A DNA stretch of 63,389 bases, counting the filler, from Octopus bimaculoides (taxonomy: Eukaryota), in assembly GCF_001194135.2 (NCBI RefSeq). It is 8 parts of 6 records of this genome, joined end to end, with 100 filler letters (N's around TTAATTAATTAA, not from the genome) between each part and the next. Parts side by side here need not be neighbours in the genome. Positions count along the whole stretch, not along the records: positions 45,100 to 55,215 come from NC_068988.1; positions 55,316 to 59,393 come from NC_068986.1; positions 59,494 to 62,023 come from NW_026316512.1; positions 62,124 to 63,389 come from NW_026314514.1; 4 more parts are not named here. The stretch is one strand, 5' to 3'. This document shows, one piece after another, positions 54,461 to 63,389 of the stretch. A model generated the notes under the pieces. That model worked only from the letters and a program-made list of their open reading frames with translations, was not told the DNA's origin and did not search any database. Made by a program: the position numbers and the translations under genes. How positions within the stretch are numbered: the stretch's first letter is position 1; each line of letters opens with the position of its first letter.

Positions 54461-55090
54461 CTTCTCTCTCTGAAAGTGTATCTAGAATCAGGAGTCAACG
54501 TAGCTGAAACCTCTGTCACAAGGTATTATAACTTACGGTTTTACAAGCCATAGAAGTTTATTTATTTACGTTCGCAGCAGTGTAATTACTACCATTAAAG
54601 GGAATCTCAAATCAGTTCGTATAAATACCTTTGCATAGTTGAACAAGCCTGCCAGTTCTAATATAAGAATATTCATTCTCGTGTCTATCACAGCGAAATT
54701 ATCCTCCCTAACCGTGTGATATTCAAAATGTCCTTGTATTAATATCCAGGTGTAATGTTTTACTCTTACCAATCTTGTCAGTCAAAAACTTATTAATATT
54801 ACTGAATAATTTAGACCTTCACTGACGACTGACAATCGTTCGGGCTCAATATATGAACTGATGGTTTTTATGCATATTACTTAAGCTGTCATTTTACCTT
54901 TAACACGTGAGCTGCTTTTTTTGTATTCCTTAGCACTTTGGATAACTATACTACCATTGTATAATGTAATAACGGACGAGTGTGTATAGACTGGTATAGG
55001 TGGAAGAATGTAGAAACAAACTTGTACATATGTAATATAATAATTTTTTTCCTGTGCAAGTCGGCCACAAAGTGTCATATCTATATATAT

Positions 55091-55175
55091 AGTTCAAAAA
55101 TGGAAAAAGACAAAAAACAACAACAACGTGAGGACGTGATACAGATTGTGTTACTAGACGCTCGGGAAAGGAAAC
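55091..55175 (-). repeat. Truncated relative of the 799-1051 element (second fragment at 55401-55477)
   Basis: acaacaacgtgaggacgtgat...gacgctcgggaa (12/12 match to 868-879); both fragments start next to (TA)n and stop before the ribozyme. Confidence 0.5.
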
Positions 55176-55215
55176 ACACACACACACACACACACACGCA
55201 CATATATATATACAT

Positions 55216-55315
55216 NNNNNNNNNNNNNNNNNNNNNNNNNNNNNNNNNNNNNNNNNNNNTTAATTAATTAANNNNNNNNNNNNNNNNNNNNNNNNNNNNN
55301 NNNNNNNNNNNNNNN
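55216..55315. other. Artificial scaffold linker
   Basis: 12-mer at 55260-55271. Confidence 0.95.
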
Positions 55316-55367
55316 ACGCACATACACGCACATACATACATACATACATACATACATACATACATAC

Positions 55368-55403
<36 letters not shown>

Positions 55404-55659
55404 TTCAAAGAAACAATAACAAAAAACAAAAAACAACAAAGTGAGGACGTGATATGGATAGTGTTATTGGACGCTCAAGTATACATACAAGTATATAGTG
55501 TTATGTACGAAACCTTACGGCTTGGGATAACTTTCGTAGATTTACGGTTAAATTATTAATAATATTAATACGCTAACTTTTTGTTTTTGTACGTACCTGT
55601 TGTGTGCGTCACACTTACCTCAAAGAAGTGGCAAAGCGAGAGAGAGGAGGATAGAAGAA

Positions 55660-55748
<89 letters not shown>

Positions 55749-56809
55749 TGAAAGAGAAAGGGAGTGAAAGAGACAGTGAGTGGTGACGGCGTTCGTTTTG
55801 TGTTTTAAATGTTTATCACATCGCAAGAGAAGTAGATACATAGATACATATACACATTGTTAAACCAAAAGCAAGAGAGAGGAGGGACACAAAGGAAGTG
55901 AATGAGAAAGAGAGAAAGTGAGAGAAACAATACATAATACATAAATCCAAAGAAAAGTTCATAGATAGATACATAGACATAAGAAATATTGGCTGTCAAT
56001 TTCACTTTTCATTTCCACACGGGGATAAAATTAACTCACAAATGGCTGAGTACTCCACAGACATGCATAACATTAACGTAGTTCTCAGGGAGATTCAGCT
56101 TCACACAGAATATGACAAGGCTGACCCCTTTTAATTGCAGCTACAATGTTTTGTGGGGAGAGAGCCAGTTGATTAGATCGACTCCAGTACGCAACTGGTA
56201 CTTAATTTATCGACCCCGAAAGGACGAAAGGTAAAGTCGACCTCGGAAGAATTTGAACTCAGAACGTAAAGACGGTCATAATATACAAACATTTCTCATG
56301 GCACCAGAACACTGTTTATAGATGCTTGCATTTTTTATGTTACCCCTGCTCTAGAGAAGAAAACTGATCATGTGTCCAAGTATTATGCATCCGTAGATGT
56401 ATACAAATAAGAGAAAATAAACCTAAAAGATCAACTGGAGAGGAGGAATGGAATCAAAGTAGGTTGGACTGTCAGAGTCCTACATTCCAGCTCTGTGGAA
56501 ATCAAGACACTAATAAACAGTCCCAACACGTCTTTGCATATTAATAAGTTAGGGTGGCTTTAGATTATGTATCATGCTATATGTAGAAAAGAAGTTTTCA
56601 TGAGGGACACCTAGAGACACAGTGAGAGGAGGGAACTAAAGATAGATGTAGAAGATTGTGCTTCTGTGTAATTGAAACTTCCAGTTGTGTGTACATGCAA
56701 AAACAGTTAAGTGTTCCTTTTTATAATCCACTGCATTCTACCTCTATTACCACTTCATCACTACTACCAACCACCATTCCTACTACAACCACAATAATCA
56801 TTAGTTATA

Positions 56810-56880
<71 letters not shown>

Positions 56881-57409
56881 AGACAGACAGGAACACCTCT
56901 AACACTATCAACACTACCACATTCTAAAACCACCAACACCACTGCCACTCTAAAACCACCATCGCCAACATTACAATCAACCGCGAAAAGCAGACACAAT
57001 TCAGCAGAGATATGCGTTCATTTTCCTTCTTCCTAGTTCACCCTTCTTCCTTTTCCCTAACTCTACTCTCATTCTCCCACCCCATCTATCAAGATAGGCT
57101 GGGTGGTTTATACACACACATATATACACACACATTATATGTGTTTTCAAGACACATACCTCAAAAAATATACATACATACATGCATACATACATACATA
57201 CTTATGTACATACATACATATATACATACAGACATACACACACACAAACACATACTAATACACATATATACACAGACAGACACACACATATCAATTAATG
57301 AATCACACAAGGACAAGATTTACGTAATCATTTTCATTAGATGCGTAAGTGATTACGTAACACGAGTTCTTATGTCATTCATTAATTGAGATTACGCTCT
57401 GTACAAAGG

Positions 57410-57628
57410 TGACGAGCTCGCAGAATCGTCAGTAGGCCGGACAAAATGTTAAACTGCATTTCGTTAGTTTTTACGTTCCGAGTTCAAATTCCTCCGAGGT
57501 CGACTTTGCTTTTCGTCCTTTCGGCAGTCGATAAAATAAGTACAGGTTGAGTAATGGAAGGTTGATGTAATCGACTTGCCCACTCCACCAAAATTTCAGA
57601 CCTTGTACCCATACTAGAAAGTATATTG
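57410..57628 (+). mobile_element. SINE family C, tail type 2 (partial minus copy at ~56163-56275)
   Basis: GAGTTCAAATTCC..GGTCGACTTTGC body; tail CCAAAATTTCAG.CCTTGT.CC.ATA.TAGAAAG. Confidence 0.8.
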
Positions 57629-57764
57629 CGCTGACCTGATGGTTTATACATCCATCCATCCATCCATCCATACATACATACATACATACATACATACATA
57701 CATACATACATACATACATACATTCATACGTACGTACGTACGTATGTATGTATGTGTGTATGTA

Positions 57765-57860
57765 TGTATACAAACGCTAAGTTTCAGAGACGTAAATACA
57801 CCAACATCAATTGTGAAGCAATGGCGGGGTTTCAAACACAGACACACACACAAATAAACA

Positions 57861-57934
<74 letters not shown>

Positions 57935-58082
57935 CAACGGACTTCTTTCAGTTTCTGTCTACCAAATCCATTCTTAAGGCTTTGGTCGGCCCGAGGCTAT
58001 ACTAGAAGACACTTGCCCAAGGTGCCATGCAGTGGGACTGAACCCAAAACCATGTGGTTGGGAAGCAAGCTTATTACCACAC
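57765..58082 (-). mobile_element. SINE family A with internal (ATCT)n
   Basis: Reverse-complement head and CORE-like block, tail truncated. Confidence 0.8.
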
Positions 58083-58119
58083 TCACACACACACGCACAC
58101 ACACACAGACACACACACA

Positions 58120-58198
<79 letters not shown>

Positions 58199-59101
58199 TC
58201 AGCAGTATCAACGCCAAGAGTGTTTAGGCATAAGCGAAGATTAGGTGAGTTAAAATGTGCTTGGACATATTTCAACTTCTAAAGGCAAGTTCACTTTGGA
58301 AAACATCATACTTGCCCAGTGTTGCTCTGTATCGGCTCTCAGACTCAACATTTCTAGCTTTTTAGCTGTTATCAATGGGAAATACTGAAGAGAAGATGTA
58401 AAACTGTTATGGGCAAATTGCAATCCGCAGAACTTCCTGAGTGACATGCCTAACAGAAAATTACCATGAATTTTTTAGTAGTGCAGCTTACCTGATGATG
58501 ATCCATATCTTAAGTGCACCGCTTCTAGAAACAAGATGCCTATGCCTTATTTAGACGCAACTGGTGGTGGTGGTGTAGGTGATGGTGGGGTAATGGGAGT
58601 AGCTGTGGTAATGTTGTGAGTGGCGGAAGTGCATCAGTGGTCGTGAAGGAGGTGTCGGTGATCGTGGTCGTTTTAATGTTTAAGGACTTTGTATTGCTTG
58701 TAGATTTTATTGTGACGATGGTGGTGGTATGGTGGGTGGTGACGGTCGTGCTGTTGGTGGTGGAATGGAATAAAAACAGATTGAAGAAAAGAAAGAACAG
58801 TGTAGGAATCTACTCAGCTCGCTCCTCCTCAACCTTCCATTTCTCTCTCTCTCTCATTCATTTTTCTCTAAATTTCCCTGTAAATACACATGCATTTACA
58901 CATACCCCCCCACCACCACACACGCACACGCATATACACGCGCACGTACACAAATCTACTGTCCCCTACTTCTTACATATGTTGGCTAGTTTATTTAATA
59001 TTCAGTCCCTTAAATGTAGGATGTGTGTGTGAGGGTGCACGCGCTCGTGTGTGTATGTACATAGGCATAATTCATATACATTATAAATATTTATATATTC
59101 A

Positions 59102-59174
<73 letters not shown>

Positions 59175-59393
59175 CTTCTCACGGACGTGCTGTCACATCG
59201 GCTGCGAAGGTAAACATTTATTTGACCTTTTATTGTCCACATTTTGTTGGAATTTTAAAATAATTTTGTTGCGAAGCACCTAGGCTTCATTTGTGTGTAT
59301 TTTCAAGAGCAGGAATTGGCCCCCAGGGGCAGTTTCGGCCCTAGCAAAATACAAAAATTCCTTCTTGACATTTGAAAAATGTCGAGAAACATA

Positions 59394-59493
59394 NNNNNNN
59401 NNNNNNNNNNNNNNNNNNNNNNNNNNNNNNNNNNNNNTTAATTAATTAANNNNNNNNNNNNNNNNNNNNNNNNNNNNNNNNNNNNNNNNNNNN
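59394..59493. other. Artificial scaffold linker (truncates SLC17 gene)
   Basis: 12-mer at 59438-59449. Confidence 0.95.
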
Positions 59494-60532
59494 ATAAAAC
59501 TCGAACAGAACGAGTTGACAGGTATTTCTTTAAACGTAAAATATCAGCAAATTTTCCACACAACGGTAGAGCAATCGTTTGTGCAACCGCTGGGGCTGAT
59601 GACATTAAACCGTTTGAGGTTGCATCAACGTTTAAGGCACCCTTCACATATATAGGTAGCAACACCTGGAAGGACAAATCTGTCCAACTATGAGCGAACC
59701 AGCCAAAGTTAATGGCCCAAACTGCAGGTGAAGAAAGCAGTTGTCTCCATGGTACATTTTTAACTACTTTCTCACTTTTTATAGTTCTGTTTAGATAAGA
59801 ACGTTCTTCTTTGCTGATAGTGGGATGGACGTCTGGATTATCATAAACAACATAAAACCACAAACAACTAAACACTAACGATATCCCACCAAATATATAG
59901 AATATAGAACCCCATCTGTTATCAAAGCCATAAACACAAAGAAGACCAGATATTGAAAGACATACAACAGTACCTAAATGTTGGCCACCAAATGCAAACC
60001 CAATCAATGAACTAAGTTCCTTTGGAGGGGCCCAACGTCCAAACAAGGACTGAACTGATGGGAATATCGGTCCTGATGCCATACCTGTTAATATCCTTAG
60101 AACAAGCGTAAAGTAACCACTAATTCGCGATAAACTTGGGTGAAGAATGGTCAAAATGGATGCTAAGAGAAGTGAAGTTCCGAGAACTCTTTTCCCACCA
60201 TATCTATCTGCCAATACACCACCTAAAATATTAGCTCCTATATATCCATAGAAATACCCAGCCAACATGTTTGCTTGTAACGTGTCGCTCCATTCGAATT
60301 CTCCATCAAAATTTCCATTAATTGAATCATTACCAAAATCAGAACAATGCTGGTTATCAGCTGTAAAGTTAACACCCTCATTTGTATGATTGCGTGCTTT
60401 TAACATGCAGACAAAAGCCATGCTTAGATCAACTCTTAATGTTTGCATCAAAATAAAAGCAATTGCGCACGAATAGCTTAATCTCCATCGACATGAAAGG
60501 TAACGCTTAAGATAATTGGTAAATTTAGACAT
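59494..60532 (-). CDS. SLC17-family (sialin/VGLUT-like) MFS anion transporter, 3'-truncated by assembly linker
   Basis: 346 uninterrupted codons with SLC17 hallmarks: TM1 LRVDLS, loop with three N-glycosylation sequons (NHT, NFT, NDS), AGYFYGY, GGVLADRYGGKRV, LRILTG..SG..FP, RWAPPKE, WGSIFYIFGG, YDNPDVHPTISKEERSYL, VPWRQLLSSPAVWAI. Ends at N run 59493; roughly TM9-12 missing. Orthology not assignable by eye. Confidence 0.93.
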
Positions 60533-61605
60533 TTTCTATAACTTCAATTTCTACCGATTCTCACAATATTTTGCTTTATTTTCGAAAGTATATTAATTAC
60601 TGAATTATTTAAGTCTTAAAGGCAGTTGCAATTTTAAGAACTTATTTGTTTCCTTTGTTCAGCTTGATTTAATGAAATAGATTATTCTCGTTTGGTATTA
60701 AGTGTAGATTAAGACTGGATGAATTATGATCACTGGAGGTTATGATGAGGACGTCTTTGGTGTCTTCATATTTCAGAGAAAGTTGGTACAGTGTATTATC
60801 GATAAGCATGGACGTCTTTTATCAACGAATATAAAACCATGAATTGATAAATGATNNNNNNNNNNTAAAACCATGAATTGATAAATGATAGTTCTAATTG
60901 TTTTCGAAAATTACTTCTGTTCCCGTTTATTTTGAAATAGGAAACACCACGTAAAGTCAAGAAAACGATGAAGAAATACGATAAATGTGAAAGTGCAGAG
61001 TTGTGACATAGGATCCGGTATTTTGCTATAATCTGTAACGTCTGGAAAAGGCAATAATACCGCACTCAACTGTCTACTGCAGATAAAAAGTCTCACACGT
61101 ATTTAAGAAACAGTTGAAAGACCTATGCTGAACGACTGGTTATGGCAAGTTGTCTGTTCAGTTTTCTGTGGTATTTTGTTAAACAAGATTTCTGGTAAAT
61201 CGGAGTCTACTATACAGAACGATAGTAAATTCCTGGAAAACTATGTTTTGCAATGTGATATGTATTATTTGACTTGTTTAAGTATTTAACTGAGTTATAC
61301 TGTTTCTTTTCGTTTACAATATAGTTTTCTGTTGAGGTTGAGTAATTCCATATAATCCACAACATGTATTTAAAATGTTTCAGGAACTGAAGATCCAGCT
61401 TTAGGAAATATTGTTCAGTGACGAATATCAGTGAAGGTTGGTGGACAGACTTGGCGAAGTTGGGAAATAAAATCGTTGCAGTATTTTTTGCATCTTATTT
61501 ACGTTCTTGGTTCAGGTAAGAATTTTCCGGTTCAGCATTTTCTAAATCGTGTGACCCTGAATCGATACAAGAAACCAATATTAGTTAATATATATACATA
61601 TATAT

Positions 61606-61837
61606 GTTAAATGGCCAGAAGGCCACATCCTCTCTGAGATGTCACTGTATGAACAAAAGCATGTAGAGTCATTATTTGAACTTACTAATGAGCTGTGCAT
61701 GGGACAATTGATGCTCAGACCAACCAGGGGAAACAACATTGGACCTATGTTTCACAAATAATGTGGACTTTATCCACAATGTGAAGGCGGCACCAACGAC
61801 ATTCTCAGATCATAACACTGTTGTGCTAACTATGTAT
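61606..61837 (+). mobile_element. CR1-like LINE AP-endonuclease remnant
   Basis: VKWPEG...QLMLRPTRGNN/DLCFTNN...FSDHNTV (PTRG.N.LDL..TN and SDH motifs), one frameshift. Confidence 0.75.
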
Positions 61838-61840
61838 GCA

Positions 61841-62023
61841 GTTCTATATTTAAGAGATGGGGAATTATGTACATTATTTACATTATTTNNNNNNNNNNTC
61901 TATATTTAAGAGATGGGGAATTATGTACATTATTTACATTATTTACATATGACCGATATTTGTCCTCATCGTATTTGTTGTTAACACAACGTTTCGGTTG
62001 ATATACCCTCCAGCCTTCATCAG
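61841..62023 (-). mobile_element. Short interspersed repeat with hammerhead-like motif (copy 1)
   Basis: Near-identical to 63161-63290; abuts a CR1-like endonuclease remnant. Confidence 0.7.
61981..62023 (-). ncRNA. Hammerhead-like motif in short interspersed repeat (copy 1, 5' stem I lost in gap)
   Basis: Minus strand CUGAUGA-A | GGCUG-10nt-CAACC | GAAA-C-GUU^ | GUGUU; 4 of 5 stem II pairs; GUGUU can pair with the GACAC seen upstream in copy 2. Confidence 0.55.
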
Positions 62024-62123
62024 NNNNNNNNNNNNNNNNNNNNNNNNNNNNNNNNNNNNNNNNNNNNTTAATTAATTAANNNNNNNNNNNNNNNNNNNNN
62101 NNNNNNNNNNNNNNNNNNNNNNN
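62024..62123. other. Artificial scaffold linker
   Basis: 12-mer at 62068-62079. Confidence 0.95.
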
Positions 62124-62168
<45 letters not shown>

Positions 62169-63134
62169 ATCAAAGACATTCCAGTTGTGATGATTCGGCT
62201 ATATTAAGAGCTGTCTAGAGCCACCTCTTCTAATATATCTTTTTCTTTTTAAATATGTAGGGTAAGAGATTAGAAGTAGATTTTGATTTTATATGGCCTG
62301 CCGTTAGTTTATTGCAACGGAATTTCCAGTGAGAATTGACACAATGTCTTCTTCTGATCATTTTGTATATATACAAACGACACCAAACATTAGAGTCATA
62401 ATTACAAGTTTATAATATTTATTAAACTCACGAAATCAATATTCAGTTATAGTACTATTTCCTGTTCATAGTGCAATCGGTTTTTCCAAAACGCTACCGG
62501 GAAATTGAACCTGTGAATGTACAGTTAGAAAACTGACTAAGAATACATTTCAGAAATATTGGTATCAAATCAAGAATTGTCATTGCAGTACGATCTTATA
62601 TTGTGTTTTCTCACTCAGTAGTCGAAATCAGAGATGTTTGAAGTAAATAAATAATAAAAAAGGAAGTAGATAAAGAAACGAAAGAGAGTGAGAAAAGAGA
62701 AGAAAATTACAATTGAGATAAAAAAAGCAATCAATATCTTTAAATATAAATTGAATACTGTAATCAAATTGACATTAATTCAATGTAATATTTAAACTGT
62801 TCTCTCAAGCAAAAATATTGTCTTCGAAGTAACCACGAACAATTTAGTTGAACTAAATTAATCATAAATACACTGGTGAAGAAAACCACTTTCACGAATG
62901 ATTGTTTTTTATTTTCTCCAATTAAAGTTATTATTTTTGGGTATTCATTTATTTATTTATTTATTTTTTCATATCTTATTCATTAGACAATTACTTTGTC
63001 GTAATAAATGGAAGAGCACAGCGGTAACTATCGGGAAACTATTTGAGTGCTTGTTATCATCAATTGAAAAGAAATGAAAGTGAAATATATAAATTAAAAG
63101 CTGGTTATGTCTTCTTCTTAGATTGAAATTTGAT

Positions 63135-63160
<26 letters not shown>

Positions 63161-63166
<6 letters not shown>

Positions 63167-63389
63167 TTCTATATTTAAGAGATGAGGAATTATTTACATT
63201 ATTTACATTTGACGGATATTTCTCCTCATCTTGTTTGTTGTTAACATAACGTTTCGGTTGATATACCCTCCAGTCTTCGTCAGGTGTCTTGGGAAATTTT
63301 GAACATGGGTTCTCATTCCTAACGATGTTACTATTATTCTTATATTATTATTATTATTATTATTACTATTATTAATCAGGTCGCTGCCG
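63161..63389 (-). mobile_element. Short interspersed repeat with hammerhead-like motif (copy 2, runs off window)
   Basis: Same sequence as 61841-62023 plus upstream body and (AAT)n tract; terminal hairpin GATGAGGA (63181-63188)/TCCTCATC (63223-63230). Confidence 0.7.
63241..63290 (-). ncRNA. Hammerhead-like motif in short interspersed repeat (copy 2, more decayed)
   Basis: Minus strand AAGACAC | CUGACGA-A | GACUG-10nt-CAACC | GAAA-C-GUU | AUGUU; extra mismatches in stems I and II. Confidence 0.45.

Noticed and set aside
58560-58780. Mucin-like Thr/Pro or Val-rich ORF (similar at 56740-56990)
   Set aside because: Degenerate (GGT/ACC)n and (ACT)n simple repeats without gene context.
60832-61941. 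Short exact duplications across 10-N gaps (60832-60889; 61843-61941); similar case at ~51770-52257
   Set aside because: Unmerged contig overlaps.

Overview
Repeat-dominated, gap-rich animal DNA. The SINE families, extreme (TA)/(CA)/(TACA) microsatellite load and an SLC17 paralogue point to an octopus genome (inference). The window is stitched from eight scaffold pieces by seven artificial N44-TTAATTAATTAA-N44 linkers, so neighbourhood across linkers is not guaranteed. The only recognisable host gene is an SLC17/sialin-like MFS transporter (minus strand, 60532-59494), uninterrupted over 346 codons and cut off by a linker. The rest is tRNA-derived SINEs, RTE-type non-autonomous elements, a piggyBac-like MITE and decayed non-LTR retrotransposons of five groups (Penelope-like, RTE, CR1-like, Tx1/L1, R4/Dong-like). 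Main finding: several unrelated short repeats, mostly abutting (TA)n, carry hammerhead-ribozyme folds. One has a fully canonical extended type I fold (49276-49365); minimal, probably dimer-dependent variants lie at 889-925, 26440-26483, 61981-62023 and 63241-63290. Decayed Penelope-like RT/GIY-YIG ORFs that could be the mobilising partner are in the same window. All alignments and folds were done by eye; almost all ORFs in the supplied track are microsatellite or N-gap artefacts.
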